From NCBI GenBank assembly GCA_020718085.1, contig DYDB01000003.1, positions 61,569-125,568 on the forward strand: DNA of 64,000 nucleotides. The letters are read 5' to 3'. The notes under the pieces were generated by a model. The model ran no database searches, was not told where the DNA came from, and worked only from the letters and a program-made list of their open reading frames with translations. Source of the DNA: Micavibrio sp. GTDB taxonomy: Bacteria > Patescibacteriota > Minisyncoccia > Moranbacterales > GCA-2747515. This document shows positions 1 to 9,773 of this stretch, piece by piece. The first letter of the stretch is position 1. Every line of letters starts with the position of its first letter. The translations under genes were made by a program, and so were the position numbers.

Positions 1-330
1 GTTCTTACTTGCATCGAGAACTTCGATCGTATAATATACTTTTTCTCCACCAAAAAGCGCGTTGGGATTATGTACTTCTGCGACGATGTCATATTTATTT
101 TCTCCGCCAAAAAGTACCTGCGCATCTTTGATCACAAGATCTTTGCCTATAACTTCTTCAGGACATGCACCGCAGACACCACCACAATCAACTTGCTCTT
201 CATTCTGATTTTTCTTTTCGTCAAAACATGTAGGGTCCGGCTTAAAAATCATGAAAATGCCGCCGATGAACATGAGAAAAAGAATGATGTATATCGCAAT
301 GATAATGTTTCGTTTAAAAAATCGGTTCAT
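1..330 (-). CDS. Membrane-anchored hypothetical protein with a Cys-rich motif (runs off the window edge)
   Basis: Read manually, not in the ORF track: MNRFFKRNIIIAIYIILFLMFIGGIFMIFKPDPTCFDEKKNQNEEQVDCGGVCGAC...; N-terminal TM helix, open frame to base 1. Confidence 0.8.
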   Translation of the reverse strand, partial: MNRFFKRNIIIAIYIILFLMFIGGIFMIFKPDPTCFDEKKNQNEEQVDCGGVCGACPEEVIGKDLVIKDAQVLFGGENKYDIVAEVHNPNALFGGEKVYYTIEVLDASKN

Positions 331-388
331 AGATAGAATCTTTATACTAATATATTAATATTATACCGCACAGGGCCAATAAAACAAA

Positions 389-413
389 AAAACCGCTCAC
401 GAGGAGCGGTTTT
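389..413 (-). terminator. Intrinsic terminator
   Basis: aaaaccgctc-acgag-gagcggtttt hairpin with A/T tracts, just past the stop of the FecR-domain gene. Confidence 0.7.
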
Positions 414-419
414 ATGATC

Positions 420-1787
420 TTAGAATGATACTTTGACATCGTTGCTATATGCGCCACATTTACCACCTTTGTATATGCATACGCGAAAGTGATATGTTTT
501 TCCTTTGGAAAATCCTTCCCATGTATATTTACGTGCATCACTATCGGAAATATATTGATAATCATCACCGGGATACACGGGATTGGATTCTTTTGATTTG
601 ACGATCTTGAACCCCAATGGTGCTCCGCCTCCGGAAATCTCCCACGTCAATTTTACATTACCATCATCATCTTTTGCCGAAAGTGAAACAGACGATGCGT
701 ATTCATCATCATCTTCATCTTTCGTATCCGGCGTATCGACATACACATCATTACTGTATAATAGACACTTTCCGGAACCGTCATACACACAGACGCGAAA
801 ATGATACTTTTTCCCCGTATCAATTTTCCACTTATAGTCTCGCACGGAAGGATCCGTAAGATATTGATAATCATCGCCAGGATATACAGGATTTGCCTCT
901 TCTGATTTGATAAGTTTGAAACCATGTGTTGCCGAAACGTTTTTTACATCCCACTGTAAACGTACGCCACTGCTGGATTTTTCTCCACTGAGAGAAATTG
1001 AACCTCCGGATACCGTCACGTCATCAGTTTTTTTATCATCTCCTTCTTTTGGATATTTTTTCTCTTCCACTTTTTGTTCCGGCTGATCTTTCTTTGTGCT
1101 CCACACAACAAAGTCATCTGTAAGATCCGCATCCGCGATCACAGTCTTTTCCACACGATCATTTACAACCTTGGCTTTATTTCCTTCTTCCACGCGATCA
1201 ATTGCTGTACCTGCGTTATTTTGAACTTCCACAGAACTTTCGATCACAAGTACCGATGTATCACTGTCATTTTCCGTGACGCCAAATTCCGTACCAAGAG
1301 CCTTGATCGCATATTTGTCCGTTTGCACAATATAGTTTCTTTGCTCATTTTTTGCAACACTGTTAAAAACTTCTCCACCCTCGATAGTAATTTTTACATC
1401 CTGTATATTTTCCGCAAAAATAATATGTGTATTTTCATTCAAACGCACGATGCTTCCGTCTTCAAATGTTACAATTGCACGAGATCTCGCAAGCGTCCGC
1501 AATTCATTGTTCTTTGAAAAAAGTCCGCTTTTTGTGGCAGAAAACCATCCGGAAGAAGCATTTTCTCGCACTTCAACCGTACCTTCGATATAATCAACCT
1601 GTCCATCAATTGTGTTTTTGACAGGCTCTTCGGCAATTGTTGAAATGACCTGCGTATCTGCATTTTTTGCCACATATCGTAGCGTATAAAAACGTCCGGC
1701 AAAAAAAGCCAATGTAAAAAGAAGGATACTCACGATCATAAAGATCAAAAACATTTTTCGTCCTCTTCTTTCATAAAAATCAAGCAT
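420..1787 (-). CDS. FecR-domain surface protein with two C-terminal FN3-like repeats
   Basis: N-terminal TM; FecR-like LRT..SRAIVTFEDGSIVRLNENT and ALGTEF; two repeats of NPVYPGDDYQY...YHFRVC.Y. Confidence 0.75.
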   Translation of the reverse strand: MLDFYERRGRKMFLIFMIVSILLFTLAFFAGRFYTLRYVAKNADTQVISTIAEEPVKNTIDGQVDYIEGTVEVRENASSGWFSATKSGLFSKNNELRTLARSRAIVTFEDGSIVRLNENTHIIFAENIQDVKITIEGGEVFNSVAKNEQRNYIVQTDKYAIKALGTEFGVTENDSDTSVLVIESSVEVQNNAGTAIDRVEEGNKAKVVNDRVEKTVIADADLTDDFVVWSTKKDQPEQKVEEKKYPKEGDDKKTDDVTVSGGSISLSGEKSSSGVRLQWDVKNVSATHGFKLIKSEEANPVYPGDDYQYLTDPSVRDYKWKIDTGKKYHFRVCVYDGSGKCLLYSNDVYVDTPDTKDEDDDEYASSVSLSAKDDDGNVKLTWEISGGGAPLGFKIVKSKESNPVYPGDDYQYISDSDARKYTWEGFSKGKTYHFRVCIYKGGKCGAYSNDVKVSF

Positions 1788-1810
1788 ATAAAAAAATATT
1801 TATGGATGAA

Positions 1811-2689
1811 TTATTTTTGTGAAGCGATCAGTGCGTTTCGAATTGCGCAATTAATACCACGCAGATACATCGGTTGTCGATCCGTCTTATAAAAGTCGAC
1901 CGATTCCTCAAAAGTTTTACGACGCGTATGCGCATAAAAGATGCCCAATGGCAATCGGTCAGTTTCTGTTGCATGACGAAATGCTTCTGTGCGATCCGTA
2001 ACATCACGATCTTCTTCCATATAATAGGTGTGGTCCTTGAACCATTGATACGTATTGATCTTATTAAAGACCACGCATGGCTGAAAAATATCCACAAGAG
2101 AAAATCCTTTATGATCGATCGCCTGTGAAATGATCTTTTGTGCCACCAATGGATCACCCGCATTTGCCCGTGCTACAAACGGCGCATCAAGAGAAATGGC
2201 CAACGCGATCGGATTGATGGGAGAATCAATGACGCCATACGGTTGCGTCGGCGTGACCGTTCCCTCAGCTGTTGTTGGAGATGCCTGACCCTTTGTGAGA
2301 CCGTAGATCATATTATTGTGCACGATCACCGTGATATTCGGATTGCGGCGAATAGCATGGATCAGATGATTTCCCCCTTCTCCATACACATCCCCGTCAC
2401 CACTGGTTACGATCACTGTTTGTGAGGGATTCGCAATTTTTACACCTGTTGCCACCGGCAAGGCACGTCCATGTAAACCATTAAAATAATTGCATTCGAT
2501 GTACTGAGGCAACTTCGCCGCTTGTCCGATACCGGACACAAGAGTCACATCTTGCGGTGCCAGATCTTTTTCCTGTAAAACATTTTTTATTGTTTGCAAA
2601 ATAGGAAAATTGCCACATCCCGGACACCACTGACAATCAACGGATGCTGGGACTGTAAAATTTTTTTTGATATGTGCCGATCCAATCAT
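1811..2689 (-). CDS. korB: 2-oxoacid:ferredoxin oxidoreductase beta subunit (TPP-binding)
   Basis: WCPGCGN, LHGRALPVATG, GDGD...NN TPP motif, YGLTKGQASPT. Confidence 0.93.
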   Translation of the reverse strand: MIGSAHIKKNFTVPASVDCQWCPGCGNFPILQTIKNVLQEKDLAPQDVTLVSGIGQAAKLPQYIECNYFNGLHGRALPVATGVKIANPSQTVIVTSGDGDVYGEGGNHLIHAIRRNPNITVIVHNNMIYGLTKGQASPTTAEGTVTPTQPYGVIDSPINPIALAISLDAPFVARANAGDPLVAQKIISQAIDHKGFSLVDIFQPCVVFNKINTYQWFKDHTYYMEEDRDVTDRTEAFRHATETDRLPLGIFYAHTRRKTFEESVDFYKTDRQPMYLRGINCAIRNALIASQK

Positions 2690-2738
2690 ATGCTTAGGTC
2701 AAATTTTATAAAGTTCAAAAGTTTATAAAGAAAGAGTT

Positions 2739-4439
2739 CTACTTGATCTGTACAATGAGCTCCTCCACACTAAACGGCTCACCATTCCATTTGAGAATGT
2801 TCTTATCCGCAGTTACATCACATTCTTTTTTCAAAAGATTGGCGAACTGTCCCGTTGCATTATTTTCCACAACGATGACCTTTCCCGCCTTTGCAAATAT
2901 TTTTTTGATCTTCTTTTTGTCCAAAGGAAACAATTGTGTAAAATGTACGACGGCGTATTCCTTATCACACAAATTTTCCACCGCTTCCAAGACCGTGTTA
3001 CGCGTTGATCCCCAACATACGACAAGGTTTTTTGCGGACTTCTTACCACTAACCTCCGGCATGATCATACAAGATTCCAACAACTCACGTCTTTTGAACA
3101 AGCGTTTATCCATCATGCGCATGCGCAAACCGCGTGTATCCTCGGTGATACGTCCATCTTCATCGTGTTCGTCACTGTCCACACGAACCAAACCATCTCC
3201 AAATCCGGGTACACCTCGATCACTTATGCCATTTTCTGAAAGTGCATACCTTTTATAATCACGTGATGTTTCCACAATATGTTTTGCATTATTCTGTTCC
3301 ACAAAATCATTCTTTTCCACTTTATGCAACGCATCTACAAAGTATTGATCCGTAAGCACAAATGTCGGGATTTGGTATTTATCGGCAACATCAAGTGCAT
3401 GCGCTGTAAGAGCATATGCTTGTAATGGTGTGCCGGGAGCAAAGATCGCTCGCATGAATTCTCCATGTCCTGCATACAAAACGAGATCCAGATCCTCCTG
3501 TGCCGTACGCGTTGGCAAACCGGTTGATGGGCCAGGCCTCTGTCCAATGTGAAATGTGATCGGTGTCTCGATCATGCCAGCCAAAGAAACCGACTCGCAC
3601 ATGAGGTCAAATCCGCCACCAGAGGTTGTCACAATGCTTCGTGCACCAGCGTATGATGCACCAAGCGCCATGTTGACCGCTTCGATCTCATCCGTTGCCT
3701 GTTCTACCACCATGCGACACTCTTTGCTATGCTGCGCCAAAAATGTCAAAAGACCTGTGCCTGGAGACATGGGGTATGATGCGCAAAAATCCACACCAGC
3801 AGCGAGCGCACCAAATCCCACCGCATCAATGCCAGACATAAAGAGATCGTCCTTGACCGCTTCTTTTGCTTTAATTGCAACATGTACATCATGTGAAAAA
3901 GCAAAGTGCGTACCCATTTTAAAACCTCGCGACAATGCTTCTTGATTTTTTGCGATCACCTCTTTTCCCTTCTTTACAAAGAAATTCCGTAAAAATTCTC
4001 GCGCGTGTTTTTCATCCGCACCAATAAGACCCAAGATCGCACCAGCAGAAACGGTGTTTGCATATACGATACCTCCAATTGATTGCGCGATACTCGCAAA
4101 ATTCACCTCCATCACGCAATCTTCACAAAATGCATCATCACGAAAACCCAAAAACATCGTATTTTCTGTAAAACGATGTTTATAAAAAGCAAATGATCGT
4201 GCGTCGAGCGAAACAAAAAGATCGATCGTTGAACGAAATGCATCCCTTTTTTCATTGGAGATGCGAATGGTTGTAGAATTTATACCCCCACGCACACGCG
4301 ACATGTACTCCGCAGTCGCAAACACATGAAAGCCCTGCAATTTCAGAACATGCGCCAGTAAATGTGCAACACTTTGAATGCCCTGTCCCGCTTGACCGGC
4401 GATAACGATTGAAAGATCATCTACAATATGATGTGCCAT
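2739..4439 (-). CDS. korA: 2-oxoacid:ferredoxin oxidoreductase alpha subunit (gamma-alpha fusion)
   Basis: AGQAGQGIQS, YPMSP, TSGGG, QRPGPSTGLPTRTAQ. Confidence 0.93.
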   Translation of the reverse strand: MAHHIVDDLSIVIAGQAGQGIQSVAHLLAHVLKLQGFHVFATAEYMSRVRGGINSTTIRISNEKRDAFRSTIDLFVSLDARSFAFYKHRFTENTMFLGFRDDAFCEDCVMEVNFASIAQSIGGIVYANTVSAGAILGLIGADEKHAREFLRNFFVKKGKEVIAKNQEALSRGFKMGTHFAFSHDVHVAIKAKEAVKDDLFMSGIDAVGFGALAAGVDFCASYPMSPGTGLLTFLAQHSKECRMVVEQATDEIEAVNMALGASYAGARSIVTTSGGGFDLMCESVSLAGMIETPITFHIGQRPGPSTGLPTRTAQEDLDLVLYAGHGEFMRAIFAPGTPLQAYALTAHALDVADKYQIPTFVLTDQYFVDALHKVEKNDFVEQNNAKHIVETSRDYKRYALSENGISDRGVPGFGDGLVRVDSDEHDEDGRITEDTRGLRMRMMDKRLFKRRELLESCMIMPEVSGKKSAKNLVVCWGSTRNTVLEAVENLCDKEYAVVHFTQLFPLDKKKIKKIFAKAGKVIVVENNATGQFANLLKKECDVTADKNILKWNGEPFSVEELIVQIK

Positions 4440-4535
4440 AAAGTTTTCTTGATTTTTATTTTTGTACGATCAACTTTTCTTTGCTCCATTATACCACATA
4501 ATAAAAAAACGACCGCGCGAAGCGATCGTTTTCCA

Positions 4536-4739
4536 TTATTCTGCCAATTCTTTTTTTACTTCCTCAAATTCATTCTCAATTTCTTGTAAACGCTTCTTTG
4601 ATTCCTTGATCAGTTTTGCCCCGATCTTTACTTTTTCGATACCTTTTTCCACATCAACTTCTTCTTGTGATTCAAACCACGAAACAATTTCCTCAATTTC
4701 TTTCAAATTCTTGGTTAAATTACTTTTTGCTTGTGCCAT
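4536..4739 (-). CDS. xseB: Exodeoxyribonuclease VII small subunit
   Basis: 67-aa helical protein LKEIEEIVSWFESQEEVDVEKGIEK, downstream of xseA. Confidence 0.9.
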   Translation of the reverse strand: MAQAKSNLTKNLKEIEEIVSWFESQEEVDVEKGIEKVKIGAKLIKESKKRLQEIENEFEEVKKELAE

Positions 4740-4797
4740 ATTATTTTGATTAACATTTTATAATTTCATATAAGATCCATTTGATTACTTTTATTTT

Positions 4798-4825
4798 GTC
4801 ATTCCGGACTTGATCCGGAATCCAG
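4798..4825. repeat. REP-like palindromic element
   Basis: gtcattccggacttgatccggaatccag: ATTCCGGA/TCCGGAAT inverted repeat, intergenic between xseA and xseB. Confidence 0.6.
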
Positions 4826-4877
4826 AGAAATACTGGAAAAAATCAGTATGCTAAATTTGTTAACTTAATGCTGCGTT

Positions 4878-6536
4878 CTACTTCTCGTTCACTATGGTGT
4901 GAATAGATCCATCACTCACTTGTATATCGATACGTTCTCCCACAGTCACATCGCCACAATTTCTTACAATTTTTCCATATGCGTCTCGCGCAATGCTATA
5001 TCCCAGAGAAAGTTGTCGTTGCGGATCATAATGCGAGATCGTTTTATGAAAAAATCGTAGGCGCTCCACATTATATGACATGCCTCGACGCAATACATTT
5101 ACAACGTGCGAGATCGATAAGGTTTTATGTGAATCTGCAATTCTACGTTCATATGCTTGGATCATGCTTTTTTGCGATGTGCGCAAAAAAACTTTATATC
5201 TATCAATATCCTGTGTCACATTCTGCGCTGAAACAATAAATCTGTGAAACAGTATATGTGCAGACGAGACAATGTGTTCGAGAGCATTGGTAATATTTCG
5301 CTCTTTTACATCAATGTACTCTTGCATCTGTCGCAATGCTCGTTCAAAAAAATGTGTGAGCATCTGCTCTTTACTGCGCACAAGCTCTCCGCACTGATCC
5401 CAACTCTCACGCACGGCACGCGCTGCAGCAGTCGGTGTGCTTACACCACGATCAGCAACCAGCGTCGTCAATGTTTCATCCTGCTCATGTCCTACTCCAG
5501 CAATGACCGGGACGGGAAATTGAGCAATCATACGAACAATGTTCTCATTGTTGAATGCTTGCAAGCTTTCCAAACTTCCACCACCGCGCACAATGACCAA
5601 TACATCCAGATTCTTTTTTGCCATTGTTGCAAGTGCTTCCATCAGATCATCAACCGCTTGTGCACCTTCAACGCGCGACTGATGAAAGATGATCTTATAT
5701 CCATATTGTCCGACATTTGTCGTAAAATCACCAATCGCAGCACCTGTGCGTGATGTGATGAGTCCGATTCGCTCCGGCAGTTGTGGCAGCACACGCTTCT
5801 TTTCCGGCGCAAACAATCCTTCATTTTCGAACTTTTTTTTGAGATCGTCATATGCTTTTTTTAGTGCGCCCTCACCATAAAGTTCCACCATTGTACCCAC
5901 AAAACCAAATCCGTACTGTTTATGATAATTTGGATATCCGGTGATCACAATCTCCATTCCATCGGAGATCTGCACACCGGAAAGACCGTATCGATCACGA
6001 AAGATCATGCATCGCATGACACTGAATCGGTCTTTGATCTCAAAGTACACATGTCCACTTGCATTCTGTTTAAATCCCACAACTTCGCCCTGTATGCGCA
6101 CACTGCGAAAATTGGTACGCAACATCGTATCCATCATGGTCACAAAATCTGTCACGCTCACTACTGCATCTTGATCATCGATCACTTCACCCGTTTCTTG
6201 GTCGTAATGCATTGATTGACTCGCCGGGATGCTACTATGTGCAGCTAGATCATTTACCGTTTGTGCTTCTGAAAAGAGATCTCCACCCACCCCCTCTGTC
6301 GTTGATATTTCATCTTTATTTATACTGTTACCGCGCACAAAACCCAGGATGATCTCGCCATATTTACGCGCTTTTGCCGGACCAATACCTTTGATGTGCA
6401 ATAGATCCAAGCTTGTTTTCGGTTGCAAGCGCACAATTTCCTTGATCGTATTGAATTGTAAGACCATGTATGGCTCCAGATGCTCTTTGCGAGCCTGTTC
6501 CTGTTGCCACATGATCAATTGTTGCATGAGTGTCAT
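4878..6536 (-). CDS. xseA: Exodeoxyribonuclease VII large subunit with N-terminal HRDC domain
   Basis: OB fold (IQGEV..SGHVYF), IGLITSRTGAAIGD, RGGGSLESL, GVGHEQD, TPTAAA; N-terminal HRDC-like IKGIGPAKARKYG; start chosen at MTLMQ (ORF open to 6575). Confidence 0.92.
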   Translation of the reverse strand: MTLMQQLIMWQQEQARKEHLEPYMVLQFNTIKEIVRLQPKTSLDLLHIKGIGPAKARKYGEIILGFVRGNSINKDEISTTEGVGGDLFSEAQTVNDLAAHSSIPASQSMHYDQETGEVIDDQDAVVSVTDFVTMMDTMLRTNFRSVRIQGEVVGFKQNASGHVYFEIKDRFSVMRCMIFRDRYGLSGVQISDGMEIVITGYPNYHKQYGFGFVGTMVELYGEGALKKAYDDLKKKFENEGLFAPEKKRVLPQLPERIGLITSRTGAAIGDFTTNVGQYGYKIIFHQSRVEGAQAVDDLMEALATMAKKNLDVLVIVRGGGSLESLQAFNNENIVRMIAQFPVPVIAGVGHEQDETLTTLVADRGVSTPTAAARAVRESWDQCGELVRSKEQMLTHFFERALRQMQEYIDVKERNITNALEHIVSSAHILFHRFIVSAQNVTQDIDRYKVFLRTSQKSMIQAYERRIADSHKTLSISHVVNVLRRGMSYNVERLRFFHKTISHYDPQRQLSLGYSIARDAYGKIVRNCGDVTVGERIDIQVSDGSIHTIVNEK

Positions 6537-6581
6537 ATGTTCTCTATCGTACACAAAAGATCTAAATTTTACCACTTTTTC

Positions 6582-8045
6582 CTACATAAAGAAAAGGATT
6601 GCCGCCGCAATAATCAAACATATGATAAAGATGATCGAAAACCATCCAAAAACTCTCACCCACCACGGATTGATCTCTACACCCATAATACGCCGATCAT
6701 CTCCAACGATCATGATGGCAATAAGCAACGGCAGTGCGATCACCCCATTGATAAATGCCGAGTAATATAAAGCCGTGATCGGATTTATATGTAAAAAATT
6801 CAACGCAAGTCCAAAAATAACAGATAGAATAATGATCATATAAAAACCTTTCGCACGAGAAAATTTTTCTTCCAATCCCTCTCGCCATTTCATAATTTCC
6901 GCAAATGCATAAGCACCAGATCCTGCGAGAATAGGCACTGCAAGCATACCTGTACAAATGATCCCAAAAGAAAACAAGAAAAAAGCGTGATCCCCTGCCA
7001 AAGGTCGCAAAGCCAAAGCTGCCTGCTGCGCAGAATCGATCTTATTGATCCCATTTTGATGTAACACACTGGCAGTTGTAACAATGATAAAGAAAAAAAC
7101 AATATTTGCGAGAAGCATGCCCGCACTCACATCTGTACGCATGCGCCTGATGCGAAATTTTAATCTTTCAGTCCCTTTCTGTTTTAATTTATGCAATTCC
7201 TTTATTCTGATACGATTTTCCTCCACCTCCTCAGATGCTTGCCAAAAAAATAGGTATGGCGTAATACTTGTACCAAAAACCGCGATCATCGCAAAAATAT
7301 ATGCTTCACTAAATACAAGTTGTGGCATAATCGCAAAATGAAAGATCTCTCTCCAACTTGGATGAATAATAAAACCTGTAACGATGTATGCCAAAACGGA
7401 AATACACAACCACTTCAAAATACGCACATAGATATGATATCCAATAAAAACCTCACATGCGATCGATAAAATTGCAAAGAAGATCGCAGCAACATAGAAA
7501 TTGACGGATACAAGCATCTGCAATGACGCCGCCATAGCACCAAGGTCCGCACCGATGTTCACAATATTTGCCACAATCAGTAATGAGACAATTATGATCA
7601 CGATCTTTTTTTTATAATGACGTTGCAAAACTCCTGCAAGACCATGATTTGTTACTATACCGATACGTGCGCATACCTCCTGAATTGCCATCATCATTGG
7701 CAAAAGCCAAATAGCCATCCATAAAATGCTCAATCCAAACATTGCACCCACAGCTGAGTATGTGCCTATGCCCGATGGATCGTCATCAGACGCCCCTGTG
7801 ACCAATCCGGGCCCAAGAGTGCGCAAAAATAAGCGAAATTTCACGCGCGGATTTTTTACTAATTCTGCAACACGAATAACCTCAGTTTCAGCAACTTGCA
7901 CCGTACCGTCAATTGTCTTTATTGCACGCACTTCACCCCACACGATCAATTTACGTGCAACCACAAGCGGAATGCCAGCTCTCCGTCGAAACTCTGATAT
8001 GGAAAAAAATTTTTCTTCACCTACTCCATTTTGTATTGATTCCAT
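6582..8045 (-). CDS. Nramp-family divalent metal transporter with N-terminal HTH_17-like domain
   Basis: LGPGLVTGASDDDPSGIGTY, QEVCARIG, FGTSITPYLFFWQ; about 11 TM segments. Confidence 0.88.
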   Translation of the reverse strand: MESIQNGVGEEKFFSISEFRRRAGIPLVVARKLIVWGEVRAIKTIDGTVQVAETEVIRVAELVKNPRVKFRLFLRTLGPGLVTGASDDDPSGIGTYSAVGAMFGLSILWMAIWLLPMMMAIQEVCARIGIVTNHGLAGVLQRHYKKKIVIIIVSLLIVANIVNIGADLGAMAASLQMLVSVNFYVAAIFFAILSIACEVFIGYHIYVRILKWLCISVLAYIVTGFIIHPSWREIFHFAIMPQLVFSEAYIFAMIAVFGTSITPYLFFWQASEEVEENRIRIKELHKLKQKGTERLKFRIRRMRTDVSAGMLLANIVFFFIIVTTASVLHQNGINKIDSAQQAALALRPLAGDHAFFLFSFGIICTGMLAVPILAGSGAYAFAEIMKWREGLEEKFSRAKGFYMIIILSVIFGLALNFLHINPITALYYSAFINGVIALPLLIAIMIVGDDRRIMGVEINPWWVRVFGWFSIIFIICLIIAAAILFFM

Positions 8046-8146
8046 ATTTGTATGTCAAAAATGATATATGTATTAATTATAATTACACAGAAAATTGCTT
8101 TTGGTAAGAATAATCAACAATTTTACCTTTCATAAGATCAACAACT

Positions 8147-8890
8147 TTATTTTTTCATATATGACACATGATCAAAAATCTCATTATCAACAACATGAGA
8201 TAATTTTTGGTGATCTTCTGTGCTACCAAGTGCCCACGTCAGCAATGGTGTATTTTTTTTGGATGCTCTTTTTACGATCCAACAGTGCGGCAACATCGAC
8301 GCTCGACAAACAAAAAAATCCGGATCATGCCAACTCACAAACCATAAAATATACATTACGATCTTTCGCACAGAACCGAAAAACGTGCCGTGATTCTTAT
8401 AATCGGAAAAATTTTGTCCGCACAATATTTGTGGAAAAAGCCTTTTTGCCTCTTTCACCAAAAAAGGGTCAAACGATGACAATGCGTATATCCCCTTGTA
8501 TGTTCCTAGTACACGCTGCAATTCTTTTACAAAGATCTTCCGCTCATGTTCCTTGTTTTTCATTTCGATCACGATCGACACACGACCATTGATCATGTGC
8601 AAGACATCACAAAGTGATGGGATGTGCTCTTGTGAGGACTTAAGAGTGCATGTGGCGATTTCTTTCATCACGCTCTTTGCAACACATTTATTTTCACCAC
8701 ACATACGTTGCATGGTCCAATCATGGAAGACGACAAATTGTTTATCAGCAGTCATCTGCACATCCAATTCAATGGGATAATTCGCATCCACAGCACTCTT
8801 GAATGCCTTCAAGGAATTTTCTGGCACATCTTGATCCCACAATCCGCGGTGCACGATCGGCTCTTGTTGTATCCACTGCACATTTTTCAT
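8147..8890 (-). CDS. Glycerophosphodiester phosphodiesterase
   Basis: HRG...PENSL.AF, IELDVQMTADKQFVVFHD, IEMK; ATGA overlap with the upstream gene. Confidence 0.9.
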   Translation of the reverse strand: MKNVQWIQQEPIVHRGLWDQDVPENSLKAFKSAVDANYPIELDVQMTADKQFVVFHDWTMQRMCGENKCVAKSVMKEIATCTLKSSQEHIPSLCDVLHMINGRVSIVIEMKNKEHERKIFVKELQRVLGTYKGIYALSSFDPFLVKEAKRLFPQILCGQNFSDYKNHGTFFGSVRKIVMYILWFVSWHDPDFFVCRASMLPHCWIVKRASKKNTPLLTWALGSTEDHQKLSHVVDNEIFDHVSYMKK

Positions 8891-9090
8891 AATAATCCAC
8901 CATAAGCATCCCCCAAAACACTTATCGCCCATGGGATCACAAAGATCAATCCGATAAGAGGTAAGACAAAAGTGACAATTGTAATGATCAGCGTTGCCAA
9001 AAAGATCTTCCGCGCACTTTCTACGCTCTTATAGATTGCATTGATCTTTTTCTCCTGCTCTTCCAATTTTTGTAATATTTTTTCTTCCAT
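8887..9090 (-). CDS. Small membrane protein (coiled coil plus TM)
   Basis: 67-aa ORF, translationally coupled to the downstream gene. Confidence 0.75.
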   Translation of the reverse strand: MEEKILQKLEEQEKKINAIYKSVESARKIFLATLIITIVTFVLPLIGLIFVIPWAISVLGDAYGGLL

Positions 9091-9107
9091 TTTTTTTAAT
9101 AACTATC

Positions 9108-9734
9108 TTATATATTTTTTTTACAAATATCATTCAACACACATGTATCACATTTCGGTACACGCCCGCAGATCGCACGACCGTGCGTGATCAAATATTC
9201 ATTCCATTCCACATAATGCCTTGCTACAACAATTTTGCTCATTTCCTCACTCATTTTTTCCGGTGTTTTTGCACTGCTTAGTCCGATGCGTTTACACAAA
9301 CGAAACACATGCGTATCTACCGCCAAACCAACATTTTTTCCATATGCTTTCGACAATACGAGGTACGCTGTTTTAATCGATACGCCGCGCAATGTAAGTA
9401 GTTCTTCCAGAGTATGCGGAACTTCCCCATTAAAATTTTTTTCTATGATCTTTCCGCTCTCTTTAAGCGCTTTTGCCTTTGTGTGATAAAAACCTGTAGA
9501 ATAAATTTCCTTTTCCAAAGTTGTAATACGCGCCTTTGCATAATCTGCCGACGTTGTATACTTTTGAAACAATTTTTTGGTCACCATATTCACACGCACA
9601 TCTGTACATTGTGCAGAAAGAATTGTCCCAACCAGCAATTCCAAGGGCGTGGACCATTCCACAAACGGGCCTGTTTTTTGATACGTTCTTTTGAGACGTT
9701 TCAAAACTTCTTGTGCAATTTTTTTCTTTTCCAT
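9108..9734 (-). CDS. nth: Endonuclease III
   Basis: LLVGTILSAQCTD, HhH LRGVSIKTA, AVDTHVFR, C-terminal 4Fe-4S Cys cluster. Confidence 0.95.
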   Translation of the reverse strand: MEKKKIAQEVLKRLKRTYQKTGPFVEWSTPLELLVGTILSAQCTDVRVNMVTKKLFQKYTTSADYAKARITTLEKEIYSTGFYHTKAKALKESGKIIEKNFNGEVPHTLEELLTLRGVSIKTAYLVLSKAYGKNVGLAVDTHVFRLCKRIGLSSAKTPEKMSEEMSKIVVARHYVEWNEYLITHGRAICGRVPKCDTCVLNDICKKNI

Positions 9735-9773
9735 GTTGCCATTGTGGCACATCTACCCTAGAAAATCAAAATA

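Noticed and set aside
70-336. 88-aa plus-strand ORF
   Set aside because: The minus-strand frame 1-330 gives a coherent protein and fits operon orientation.
2700-2736. Short degenerate aaagtt/tataaag repeats (also 60865-60895)
   Set aside because: Too short and degenerate to call as an element; no associated gene.
1811-4439. 2-oxoacid:ferredoxin oxidoreductase as unusual metabolism
   Set aside because: An ordinary two-subunit enzyme consistent with fermentative metabolism; substrate cannot be assigned from sequence.
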